Source of the DNA: the human T2T-CHM13v2.0 reference genome, Homo sapiens
Length of the DNA stretch: 64,000 nucleotides
Assembly: GCF_009914755.1 (NCBI RefSeq)
Contig: NC_060925.1
Direction: 5' to 3' (one strand)
How positions within the stretch are numbered: position 1 is the stretch's first letter; every line of letters begins with the position of its first letter. The notes beneath the pieces were generated by a model, which was given only the letters and a program-made list of their open reading frames with translations, made no database searches and was not told the origin of the DNA. Positions 14,688 to 27,229 of this stretch are shown here, one piece after another. Both the position numbers and the translations under genes were made by a program.

Positions 14688-15879
14688 TAAGTGTTTTTTA
14701 TGTGGACCATTGCCCAGACCAGACATGAGCTGACCACGTAATCTTGAACAAGATCTTTGACACTTTTGTGCCTCAGTTTCCTCATCTAAAAAACGCAGTC
14801 AATAAATAGTTCTGTGTCTCCTGTTTAAAGCACGTGCTGGGGCTAAAACAAGGAGATAGAATCAGGTGGCCTCTCAAGTCCCGTCTGGCCCTGAGGGCTT
14901 GTGATTTACAGCTCTTTCCTGAATTCACACCTCTGATTCAGACCCCCTGTGTGGGTGACACAGGAGGAAAGGAAGGGAGAGGAGTGGTGGACTTCCTCCC
15001 AGGAATTCGCAAGCTGCCCAGGGGCACCCGCTCTGCAGGAAACCAAATTCTGCACCATTCAGCTCTATCAGAGACATTGCCCTGTAATATGCAGATGAAT
15101 GGGTCAGAGGAGTCTGAGGACTTTTAAGATCTGAACAGAGGAGATAGTTATTTGATGGGAATGGGAGAAAAAAAAACTGTCTTGCACACACCTGAGACTC
15201 TTCTGCTGATCCTGTCTAATTATGCCCTGGCTCCCAATAATGACAGCTCCAAAAGTCTAAAATCTTAAATCTCAGATGTCATTAAATCAGATTAACTCCA
15301 ATCTTGCTGGAGGGCTGGGGATGATCACAGAAACAACTTAGTCACCTTATCTTAAGATTTGGGGTGAGACAATTTTTCCAAAGCTTTCTAATCCACAACC
15401 CCAGATACTGGGCCACCAAGATTGATTTTTGAGGACTCAGGCCCCAAATACTCCCACTCCCCACCTAGGAAAAGACAGGTCACCTAAGGTCAATCAGCCA
15501 CTGGGTGAGCCACTGCCGCATGCAGAAGACAGAAGACTGGGTCTTCCTATGGGTACATTACAACCTGACCAAGGAAAAAGTGCCCACACACGTGTCCACA
15601 CACTACAAAGTTACACAGTTACCCAGGCTACCCATTCGTGATCACATTTACAGTATCACAGAATGTCAGAGATGTGATGGACCTGACTGAAAGTCTAACT
15701 TTCCTATTTTAAAGATGATGAGGCCAGGCCACTTACTGAGCTGAGGAAGACTGTGGTAGGAGGAGTTTTTGAGGCAAGATCAGGAGTTTGGCTTTGGGCA
15801 TGTATTAGATGTTCTATGACACACACACGTGGAGAGATAAATACATGGCAGAATTTGAACCTGTTTTAAAGAAAAATGT

Positions 15880-16169
15880 GCAGTGTCTCACGCCTGTAAT
15901 CCCAGCACTTTGGGAGGCCAAGGGGGTGGATCACAAGATCAAGAGATCGAGACCAGCCTGAACAACATGGTGAAACACCGTCTCTACTAAAAACACAAAA
16001 ATTACCTGGGTGTGGTGGCATGTGCCTGTAGTCTCAGCTACTTGGGAGGCTAAGGCAGGAGAATCGCTTGAACCTGGGAGGCAGAGGTTGCACTGCCCCG
16101 AGATCACGTGCCACTGCACACCAGCCTGGCCGACAGAGCAAGACTCCATCTCAAAAAAAAAAAAAAAAA
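15880..16169 (+). mobile_element. Alu (AluSc-like), slightly 5'-degraded
   Basis: ctcacgcctgtaatcccagc...ggatcacaagatcaagagatcgagacc...A-tail. Confidence 0.92.
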
Positions 16170-16506
16170 TTCAAGTCAAAGACCAAGTATTGGAGGGACA
16201 GAGCAAAGGACATAGAACAAGAAGAACCAGGGAAATCAAGGAAGGCTTCATGGAGGAGGTGAGTCCTGAACTGATTCAGATTGCACTAATATTCATAAGT
16301 AGCTTGATGGCCCTAAGTTTTGGAGCATACATTGTCTAATTTATTCCTCACAAGAAATCTGTGAAATAGTATTTTCCTTTCTCAACAAGAGGAAATTGAG
16401 ATTATGAGAGGTTAAATCACTTATCCAATATTGCATATACTCTATGTGATAGTCAACCCCAGATGAATGGAATCCTGAGTTCTTTCTCCATATATCTCAG
16501 TCGCTC

Positions 16507-16854
<348 letters not shown>

Positions 16855-16977
16855 TGATTGAGGATGCTGACATGACAAGTAGGAATATATTTAAATGAGG
16901 GAATGGTAAATGAGATTTTATTCTTCATCTGAGGCTCCCTTCCTCAAGAGCTCCCAAGAGCCTCCAGCACTAGGAAG

Positions 16978-17463
16978 GTTATTAGGTTTCTACTGCTTCT
17001 GTGACAAGTTACCACAAATTTAGTGGCTTAAAACAACAAAAGTGAATCCTATGACAGTTCTGGAGCTCAGAGGCTGACAGAAGTCTCACCAGACTGAAAT
17101 AGAGTGCCTGCAAAGCTGCACGTCTTTCCGGAGGTCCTACTGGAGAATCTGTTTCCAGACTGTAGAAGCCGCCCTCATTTCCGGCTCGTGGACTCCTTCC
17201 ATATTCAAAATCAGCAATGGCCAGTTAAGTCTTTCTCAAATCACATCACTCTGACAGACTCTTCTTGCTTTTAAGAGCCGTACACTTATGTTGGCCCCAC
17301 CTGGATAATCAAGGATAATCTCCCTATTTTAAAGTAGTCTGATTAGCAACTTTGATTTTATTCACTACTTTCAGTCTCTCTTGCCAAGTAACCTAACGTG
17401 TTTACAAATTCTAGCGATTAGGTGGCGAACATATCTAGGAGGCCATTATTCTGCCTACCACAG
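16978..17463 (-). mobile_element. MaLR solo LTR (MLT1 family)
   Basis: Characteristic ends tattaggtttct...ttaccacaaatttagtggcttaaaacaac and ggccattattctgcctaccaca. Confidence 0.85.
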
Positions 17464-18568
17464 AAGGACTTTGGGGTCAATTTCAAGATTGTTCCACTGT
17501 CATGAATCAACTTGATGGCAGGCAGGGCATCCAGTGAGAGGAGTCAAACTCTGGGCTCTACCTAACTGGGCTCACCTCCCCTCCATGAGAACACGATCTA
17601 GTCTCTTGTTCTGCACATTTCTATTTAGTCTCCTTGTCCTGGGGCTTAACCAAAGTCACAGGCATACATGACATGAGCAAGGTCATCTCATGCATCCTGT
17701 CACAGGAAACTTCCAGAAATCCCAGCTAAGAAGGTCTCTTCCCGGAGTCTCTTGCTCATTCCTTTCCTAAGCTGGCCTCCATCTATCCTTTCATTTCACT
17801 TGTATCTCTGTACTTCAACAGCCTCCCAACAAGGATTCTTTCCTAGAGGCCACCTGAAATGCCCTTGTCCACCGTCCTTGCCTGGGTAACTCATACTGTC
17901 CGGTAAGACAAAGCACAGACATCCCCTCCCCCAGGAGCCTTCCATGACCTTCCACCCAAAACCAAGGAAGAGGCCTTCTTCTGGAGCACAGGGGCTTACC
18001 TCTGGCCATATTCTCCATGGAACTGTGAGTCATTTTGGAAGGGAAATGCATCGACATCACATAGGGGCCATGAGTGACTGAAAGAACATATTATTAAAAT
18101 CTGTGATGAATTCCTTGCTTTCTAGGACACAGGAGAGTTGCTTTGTCTCTTCAACAGCATTCTAAGAAAAGATGAAAAATACAAAGAGGAAGAGAATTGA
18201 AAGGAGGAGATGAAAAAGGAGGAGAAAAAGAAGGATGAGTCTCCCCACCCTACACCTACTCTCCCAGATGCCCCAAATGACTTTTTCTCTTCAGATATAC
18301 ACCTGGGTATTCCAAGTCCTTCCACTCTCAGGCCTCTGTCTACTGCCAGGACCTCAATGGGGCTCATGGTGATGTCACATTAACCTCTGAGAACCAGTCT
18401 CAAAGGTCAAAAATGCTTCCTGATCTCCCCAGCTTACCTTTTAAAAACTTTTCAGGTATCAAGCATCCAAAACCTATATAAACATTTGAGACATTTTTGA
18501 TTTTAGCCAAATATTCTTCTTAGGAAATGACTTAAACCTACCCCTTCAAGTTAAGAGATTGAACATAA

Positions 18569-18744
18569 TTTTTTTTTATACTTTAAGTTTTAGGGTACAT
18601 GTGCACAACGTGCAGGTTAGTTACATATGTATACATGTGCCATGTTGGTGTGCTGCACCCAGTAACTCGTCATTTAACATTAGGTATATCTCCAAATGCT
18701 ATCCCTCCCCTCTCCTCCCACCCCACAACAGGCCCCTGTGTGTG
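18569..18744 (-). mobile_element. Very short L1PA 3'-end insertion
   Basis: tatactttaagttttagggtacatgtgcacaacgtgcagg...ccccacaacaggcccc; TSD GAACATAA(T/C)TTT either side. Confidence 0.88.
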
Positions 18745-19989
18745 AGAACATAACTTTAAATTAAGGAGAAAGGAAGGGAACATCATCATATTTAAAGACC
18801 CTTGAATTTGGTCAACTTCAGCAAACACAGAACCACCATTTTAAGGAAATGGGGGCTTCTTTCAAAGTAAATCTTTTCCCATTTTCAATTAAATGAGATT
18901 TTCCTCTACTCCCAGCTCTCCCACATCCACCTTCTGTATTCCTTCATTAATACATTTACCCCATCAATAATCATTTGTCTTCCATCATCTTCCACTTACT
19001 ATACCTATGGCATAGTACCTATCCTCTAGGAACTTATAACCCAGGAAAAAATAAGATCTATATATAAATATCTGGAAAGTCCTAATTTCAATAGTAAATG
19101 TCATATGAATAATATAAATAATAGATACCATGGGAGTGCATAAAGAGGTGGATTCATTTCTGGTTTAGAGTAATCAGGAAAGGCTCTCAGAGGGTGGTAG
19201 ACATGAGTAAAGCTTTGCAGAATGCTTAGGATTCCCACAGGCACAGGGAGAACACACCAGGTAAAAACTAACAGCCCAAACTAGAAAGTAGAGGTAGAGA
19301 AAACTGGGTGTGTTTGCTTTGAAACTTTTCCTTTCATCCCCTGACTTTTATTGACTTGAGTTCTAAGAAAACGTTTTCCAGAAGGCAAAGAGACAAGTTA
19401 ACTTTGTTCCAGCCTGTTCTCCTGGTCACTATGAAAACTCTGTGAGTAACTCCACTTTCATAAGGGTGTCATAAATCAAGGTTGAGAAGATGAAGATTGT
19501 CTGCCTTCTCCTTCCTCTCTCTTCCCCTTCACCCCACTTCACAACCCAAGAGTAACAAATGAACCGCAATTTCCCTCAAGACCATCACGCAGGAAAATCA
19601 CTCTCTTCAGCAGGCTGAAAGCCCTTTGTTCGCTTGGAACCACAGGACGAGCCTTCATCCTTGCATCTGAAGGGTGACTTTCTAGGCTTGATGAAGAAGT
19701 GTCTGCAACAGGCCATACAAGCCCTTGACCCAGAGAGGCCCCAGGCCTTAGGCATAAAATCTTCCCATTGGTGAAGATGAGATGAGCAAGGTGGATCTTA
19801 TCTCTCACCACATCCTGTACCAGTTTGGGCAGACAAGGAATCCTGGTTGAACAGACTGAGATAACACTTTATGAACATTCTTTTCCTGCTGCCTCTGATG
19901 AGAGAGATCTGAGAGAAGCCCCTCCCTGCTGAGGTCTGGTGAGGACCCACAGGCCAAAATGCAGTCTGATTAACAGGCATCCCAAGCAG

Positions 19990-20104
19990 TGACTCAAACC
20001 ATCGGCAATTTCAGAGGAAGCTTGTTATGGTGACTCCACAATTAATACCACAGCCCATGTGACCAGTCAGTCCCGCGGGAGGCTGGACTAAGCAACATAT
20101 AAAA
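19990..20104 (+). promoter_or_regulatory. PRR9: PRR9 promoter: AP-1 site and TATA box
   Basis: TGACTCA at 19990-19996; TATAAAA at 20098-20104 about 30 nt upstream of exon 1. Confidence 0.8.
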
Positions 20105-20126
20105 GTCCCACCTTGCTGGGCTTCAC

Positions 20127-20162
20127 AGTCCACAGCCTTTGTTGAGTCTTGTTGAAGATCAG
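20127..20162 (+). other. PRR9: PRR9 non-coding exon 1 (5' end approximate)
   Basis: Ends at CAG|GTAAGT (intron 20163-20667); acceptor tcttgtgtttttttcag. Confidence 0.8.
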
Positions 20163-20687
20163 GTAAGTGGGGCATCTGTGCCCTCTCTCTCCCTGTTACT
20201 CTGTCTTTAGGCGGCCGCTGTTCTGTTCCTCTTATGGACTGTACTTTCTACTGATTTTTTAAGTGGTTTGCCATTTCTTGGGCCTCACAAACTATCCTGT
20301 ATATTCTATCCAGACTAGAATTTGCCTATCTAGTCTAGTCTCTTGCACCTGATTTTCAAAAGGATTCGTAGACTAGAAGAGAAGGGAAAAAAACCTGTGG
20401 TAAGACTGGGGTTTGGAGCTATGGATGTCTAGACAGAGGCCAGGAGAACACTCCCACTTTGGAGACAGGTGCCACAGGGAGCTGCAGCCAGGATAGAAAA
20501 GAGAAAGAGATAAAAAGCAGCCAAGAAATTAGTTCTTACTTCCACTCCTCATTCCATTCCATTAGTTCTTCCATCCACTCCTCATTCCTCTTTCTCAACC
20601 CTTCATTCCCCAGTTCCCATGCTGATATTTTTAATACAGATAATTTCGAATCTTGTGTTTTTTTCAGGCTCTGCAAATCACCCTAGG

Positions 20688-21038
20688 ATGTCCTTCAGTG
20701 AGCAGCAGTGCAAGCAGCCATGTGTGCCCCCTCCATGCCTCCCAAAGACCCAGGAGCAGTGCCAAGCAAAGGCTGAGGAGGTGTGCCTCCCCACATGCCA
20801 GCACCCCTGCCAAGATAAGTGTCTAGTGCAGGCCCAGGAGGTATGTCTTTCTCAGTGCCAGGAATCAAGTCAAGAAAAATGCCCACAGCAAGGCCAAGAG
20901 CCATACCTACCTCCATGCCAAGACCAGTGTCCACCTCAGTGTGCAGAGCCATGCCAGGAGCTATTCCAGACAAAATGTGTGGAGGTTTGCCCACAGAAAG
21001 TCCAGGAGAAGTGCTCATCCCCTGGCAAGGGAAAGTAG
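20688..21038 (+). CDS. PRR9: Proline-rich protein 9 (116 aa, Gln/Cys/Pro/Glu-rich, SPRR-like termini)
   Basis: MSFSEQQCKQPCVPPPCLPK...QEKCSSPGKGK; SPRR-type N-terminus QQCKQPC; ATG 20 nt into exon 2. The ORF-track start at 20619 is intronic. Confidence 0.96.
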   Translation: MSFSEQQCKQPCVPPPCLPKTQEQCQAKAEEVCLPTCQHPCQDKCLVQAQEVCLSQCQESSQEKCPQQGQEPYLPPCQDQCPPQCAEPCQELFQTKCVEVCPQKVQEKCSSPGKGK

Positions 21039-21830
21039 CTGCTCATATGTCATCTGGGTTCAAGAAGATGGCCAGCAGATGAAACCCTGACCCCAGCCCA
21101 CGCTCTGGTGACCTTCTTCTGTGGGTACCTCTGTGTGCAATGTACCTTCTTGCCTCCTGGCTTCCTTAGCATTCCAGGACTTGGTCTGTGTCTCTGAAGA
21201 CAGTTCTTTCTGTATTTCATCACCCTCTGTGAATAAGCATTGTTCTCAGCAGTCTGATGGAAGGTCTCAAATGTAGGAATGGTGTGGTTGTCAGGGAAGA
21301 CCACAGAAGCCTAGCACAGCTTCCTTGGTGCAAAAATTCACCCAGCTCTGGGTGTGTAACAGCCAAGGATACCTTCATTCATCTTTCAGAGTTTCAGGCT
21401 CTCAAATAAGCCTCAAAACAAACTGAATTCTGATGGACTTTCCACTTATCACCACCACCACCACCTCCACCACCACCACCACCACAGGTGTTGAGACAAA
21501 GCGGCTTGCGGTGTTTCAAAAATCAAAAATTTGGTGATTTTGTCTCTGTACACTAAAAAGAACAGCAAATTATTGAACTTTGAAATGTTGGTTGTGCTTT
21601 TTTAAAATGAACCGAAAGTATGTAAACGATTGAATCCAAACAACCAGAAGGGAAAGATAAGATGGATGTTTGGTGCCCTTGTCAATCTCTGTGCTTCATA
21701 GCTGGTCTAATGTGGGCCCTTAGTTCTCACCATGTACACTCTTTAGAGATGTGATTTGTGTCTGTGTGATGCAGGCTGGTCTGTTCTCCAGCTTCCTTGC
21801 CTTCTTCTCCCTGGTGAAGGTAAAATACAT

Positions 21831-21836
21831 AATAAA
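21831..21836 (+). terminator. PRR9: PRR9 poly(A) signal AATAAA
   Basis: First canonical AATAAA after the stop, followed by a T/GT-rich stretch (gacgtgtgctctctttt). Confidence 0.75.
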
Positions 21837-24800
21837 GCTGATCCTAAGGCTGATATCTGACTTGACGTGTGCTCTCTTTTCTCCACCATCAAACCCCTCA
21901 TTGTCCTTGTGACAACTGTCTTCTCCTTTGGTGGGGGAGGGGAGTAATCTGAAACAGGAATAAAACACAGACCTCACCGGTGCATAAAACAGCAGTTCTG
22001 AAAGAGGCTTCCTGAAGGTCACTGAGACCACCCCACCCACAACATATCCTAGGTTCACCCACTTGTGCACTTCACACATGAGAAAATCCAGCAAGGGGCT
22101 AGGACCTGCCCACACTCAAAACCTCAGGTCCAGGTTCTTTCTACTACAGCATCTTTCCTCTCTGATCCTTGCTTTCCAAAGGGAAAGGCTGAAATGGAAA
22201 GGAGGGGAGATGTGTGGAAGAGGGATCCCAAATCAATTCATAACACCTACAAACATAGCATCTGTGTCAAAGGAGAGAGCAAAGCATGCCTCTGAGATTA
22301 ATGCAGACTCGAGGACCAAAACTGTCTGCCCTGCCATCTGGCCAGGTTTCAGGTAGGCCTGGGGCCTGGGTAACCGGCCTGCTGCCCCCCACCCATGGAG
22401 GAAACACAGGCAGTGGCCACTGGGGTTTGTGAACGGGTGGAGAGGGCACTGTACTGACATGAAATAACCACAGGCTGCTCCCTCGGCAGTGCCCCGAGCT
22501 CCGACCTGAGCCCAAAGGAAGCTATGCCAAGGACCAGCTTCCTAGGGGGGATGTAGCTTCTTACCCATTCTACAGGTGCCCCCTCCCTTCTCAATCCTCA
22601 TGAGGAAGAGGTGGAGGGCCGGGACAGCCCCTCCTTGTAGGGCGTGTAGAGCTCTATGTCTCAGTCATTTGGCTAAACTGAGGGTCACTGAGTCTGTGGG
22701 TGACATGGACCAGGCCCTGAACTCCATGCACATTCTCTATGGGGATTCTAACAGCAGCCTTGGGGAGTTCCTGTGCTGCCCATTTGCTTAGGAACTTGTC
22801 CTAAAGCCAGTAAGTGGTGAAGTCAGGATGCTAACCCAAGTCCCTCTGACTCCAGAATGGAGCTCTCACTTTTGTAATGAAAGTGCTATGGCATACAGAA
22901 GAGATTTCCAGAAACTCATTCATTCATTTATCCACCTAAAACATGCTCCCTGATACCTACCAGGTGTCAGGCACCATGCCAGGTACTGGAGAGACAGTGG
23001 TGAACCAGGCAGTCAGTATCCCTGTGCAGAGTTACGAGCTGTCTCTTCTGCAGGCCACATGCACCAAGGATACCTTTCTGAAAACCTCCTGGATATCTCA
23101 AGTCCCTGAACATCTCCAGATGCCTGAATCACAGTTCTCTTGCCTCCTTGCCTAGTCGAAATAGGTTTTCTCATCCATTTTCCAACCTTGGAATAAACCA
23201 GCTGCTCCCCAGGGCCAGCAGCTCCCAGAGCTCCATCCTGCGGAGATGTGCCAGAGAGGCCTTCCTATCAGTGAAGCTTCTGTTCACAGACTCTTCTCCA
23301 GCTTGGCTCAAGTCCAAGAAACATCTTTGTTCTCCAGCATCAAAGGCATGCACAGATTGGAGTCCAAGATCAGACACCCAGGCATTAAAGGAAGCACGAG
23401 GCTAATGAACAGGGAGAGTCCAGACTTATCAGAGAGAGGGGAAATCTGCTGATTACAGGGGAGGCCTCTACGGTTAGGAAGGGGACAAGTCTGCAGATTG
23501 CAGATAGGAGAGCAAACGCCAAGCAGCCAGCAGGCCTTCATCTAGCTCTGTCATAGGAACCTCCACACCTCCTCATCCTCACAGAGGTCTGCCCCAGCCA
23601 CTGCCTGGGCCACTGCTGCTGCAGCCTGGTCTCTTAAGACACAGACCAGGTCCACAGCCACAGAGGCCACAGGGACAGCTAGGACACAGCATTCAGACTT
23701 CCCCAGCTGCCGCTTCTGTGCTGAGCCTTTCAGGAAGTAGGGAGGGGCCTTACCAAGGAAAGCCCTGGATGTTAGGGGTTCTAGCTAACAGTTAACTCAA
23801 CATGAGACAATAGTGGATCTGTGGGCCCCATATGCCAAGAGGAAAAAATACAAACAGACAGGAATTCACAGGAGGAGCTGTGGATTCACTCAATCACTCA
23901 AAATATTTATGGAGAAACTACTATGCCAAGCCAGACTCTGGAAACCTGCGACAGTGCCAGGAGGTGGGCAAGCAGAGCAGTGGCCTGAAAGACTTTCACA
24001 TCAGGAAGAGTTGAAAAATATTTAGTCTACAAAAGAAAATACCCAAGGGAGTGGGACAGCTGAACTCAAATATTTTAAGTGCTTTTATGAGGGAGGAGTG
24101 AGATTTTTGTGAAGTGCCAAAGAACAAAGTTAGGACCCATGGGCAGAAATCATGAAATTGGGCTCAGTTTAAGAACTTTCTTATAATGAGATCTATTGGA
24201 CTGCGACAGGAGCTGCCTTTAGATGCACTGTGTCCCATGAACTGGAGGTTTGCAAGCCAGTAGATGACAACCAGCTCCTCCCAATCCATCAAATACTGTG
24301 ACTCCTCTAACTGTAACTTGTACGTGGAAATGGGACCCAGGGGCAGGGAGCCTCCCACGAAGGGAGATTCAGAAGACCTGACCGCAAGCTCAGGAGACAG
24401 GAAGTTTCCCTGGCTTCCAGAACACTGCTGGGAGGCTCTTCGGGGGGCCCAAACTTCTGGGGACCAGCAGAATGTGTGACCATGGCTTGAAACTAAAAGA
24501 AAGGAGGAAGACAGGTAAGTCATGGGAAGAGGCTCCCCCAGATTTGGGGTTTTCTTAATGTTTTTGGACCCACAAATGCTTCAGCCCTGAGAAGCACCCT
24601 ACAGTAATTCCTCACTGCTTTCTAATCTCGTTCTTCCCAGCTGGGTTTAGTGTGCTCGCTCCCTTTTACATCTCATTTATTTACCATCCAGATACCCTTT
24701 CTCTTCTGTACCAAAGTGATCCGCCTGTTCTTCCACCTGACAACCCATCGCAGATTCCTTTCTGCCTTCACCTTCCTCTCTCCCACCCAGGACTCTCCCC

Positions 24801-25540
24801 TGTTTGTCTCAGCCAAACCAGGGGTTTCAACCTGACCTCCAGGAAGCCCTCCATGGTTTCAGCCTAGCTCCTAAGTACTGCAGCTTGGGCTCTGTGCTGC
24901 AGTGGCCGCAGGGGTCTGCAGCCCTCTACCAGCTGCCTGTATTTGAATGACACATGTCTCCTGTCAGCATGAGAGCCCAGATGACAGCTCCTGGGGCTGG
25001 CTGTGTTCTTGCCTGACTTCACAGGGCCCATCACAGTGAGGTCTGAGACACCTGTACGGCTGGCCACCAGCATGCCCCCTGAGCAGAGACAAAGCGGGGT
25101 GCTGGCTTCTAGACCACCTGGACAATCTCTTTTATTGATAGGGTAACCAGCTCATCTTGATTTGCCTGGAACTGTCCCAATTTTAGCACTGAAAGTTCTG
25201 AATCCTGGGAACTCCCTCAGTCCCCGACAAACTGGGATGGTTGGTTGCCCTAAGCACCTGTGTGTATAAGACATGATGCTTTGTTCCAGGTGGGGGAGCA
25301 CAGAGGGAAAGCAGATGAGGCCCTCCATGCTGGAGGAACTTATAGCCCAAGGGATTTTTCTGGAAAACTGTAAACCCAGGAGGCCTAGTTCCCACTGCCT
25401 GCCCCCTCCATAGCCACATTCTCCATGAGCAGGGGTGGGGGCAGCAGGGGCTGGTGAGGGGTGATCAAATACTAGATCAATGAGCAGGTTCCCAGCCTAG
25501 GCCTGTTTCAGCATGAACTGGCAGGTCTTGACCAGGAGAA

Positions 25541-26316
25541 GTGGTATCGTGGGGGCCACCACCCCTATTCGACAGCAGATCTGGACTTGTCCACTCCTGC
25601 TCTCCTTCTCTCCTACGGACACCTGCCTCACATCTGAAAATGGTTGAAAGAAAATAAGTGGCCAGCTGGCAGGGCCTTCTCAACTCAACCTCCCTCATCA
25701 CCCGGTTCCCAAGCCAGCCTCATAACCTGTCTTTCCTCCTTTAGAAGCCGCTGGGGACCGTTTCTCTTCTCTTCCCAACAGCACCACCTGCTGGCCATAG
25801 AGGCACTTGGCCTTCTACTAATCACACCCAGTCTGGCCTGAGTTGGAGATGGCCGCACACACTCCGGCCGTCAGTGCTCCATGTGGAGAAGACAAGAGTA
25901 CAGAGATGCAGCATCTAACAGAGTCAGAGGAAGGCTATATGTGCAAGACAGAGTTACACTATTTATAGGGTGGGAGCAACACGAATAATGGTTCAGGACA
26001 TAGGCTCAGGAATCAGACTTCTGGAATTCAAATCTAGACTCCACCACTTCTATTGTTCCCTTAAAACAAATTTCTCCTATGTGAGAGTAAGTGACACAGA
26101 ATCTCCTATGAGCCAAGCACTGGAGTTACAGCAGCGAACCAGATACACAGAATCCCTGCCTCCCAGAGCTCACATGAGAAGGAAGACAGACAAAAAGCAA
26201 CTCAGCAAATGCATAAATAAGAAAGTGAAAATGAAGAAAATGAAACAAAGTGGTGAGGAGAGACCAGAGAAGAGGGGTGCTCTTTAGCTCGGGTAGCGTG
26301 GAAAGGCCGATCTGAG
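25541..26316 (+). repeat. Local direct duplication, copy 1 (contains MIR/L2 fragments and a CTCF-like motif)
   Basis: Near-identical to 31823-32517; 25963-26178 is identical to 32180-32395. Confidence 0.95.
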
Positions 26317-27229
26317 ATGGGGATGTCGGAGTAGCGACATGAACAATAGGAGGAGCCATCCATGTGGGATCGGGGTAAGTATCAGCGCAAAGAGAACAGC
26401 AGGTACAGGGAGTACTGCAGGTCAGACTGCCCCTGGAGCCTTAACTCGGATGCTGCATTTGAAGGTAGACCCTGGCCAACTTTTAGTTCATCCAAATTAA
26501 TGTGAGAAAAAGAGCGAGGTCTCTGGGCACCTTGTCACATGAGCTGTGGCTGAAGGAAGGGGGCGTTTCATCCAGAGATGAGGAGACTTAGAGACACACA
26601 GTGGCTGTCTTCAGGCCTGTCAAATGTCAAAGAGAGAGGCAGTGGATATATTCTTTGTGATCCCAAGGAGAATAGCATGGATCAGTGAGTTCTGGGCACA
26701 GAAAAGCAGATTCTGCTCATATCAGGAATAAAATGGCCCAGCAAATGAAATGAGCTGCTCATGAAGTAGTGATCCCACCATCCATGAAATATGCAAGCAG
26801 AGACCAAATAAGTAGCTGAGATTATAGGAAGTGTGGATGCAATGCTTTTAATCTTTAATTATCACCTACTCTTGCACTTGAATTGCTTATAGGTTACCAC
26901 AAGATTTTGCTTCTCTCTGAATACAGTAAAATAGCCTTTGTCAGCCAGTCCCTGAAGGGATGTCCGCCCCAGGGTTGGGGAACATCACAGCAAGGCAGGA
27001 GAAAACTGGCTGTTGGGTACAGAACACGCTTCTTGTCAAACCCGGAGCAGACTCTGGCAAAGATGAAAAGCGGAGGTCCTCACCTCCCTTTCATATGCTC
27101 CCCTTTTCTGTCCCAGCACCAGAAGATGGAACTTCCTTTTCCTTACAATGGTCTAAGAAAAAACTAGTCTAAGCAATTAGAGAAAATATCCTACAATTCC
27201 CAAGTCCTAAAAGTTTTTATGTTGCACAT

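Noticed and set aside
24164-24523. 119-aa minus-strand ORF and a plus-strand donor AG|GTAAGT near 24515
   Set aside because: No recognisable homology or compositional bias; a lncRNA exon cannot be supported from sequence alone.
25970-26287. Twin ORFs MGATRIMVQDIG... (also 32187-32516) that look like a duplicated gene
   Set aside because: GTG start, built from MIR and L2 fragments; their identity simply reflects the DNA duplication.
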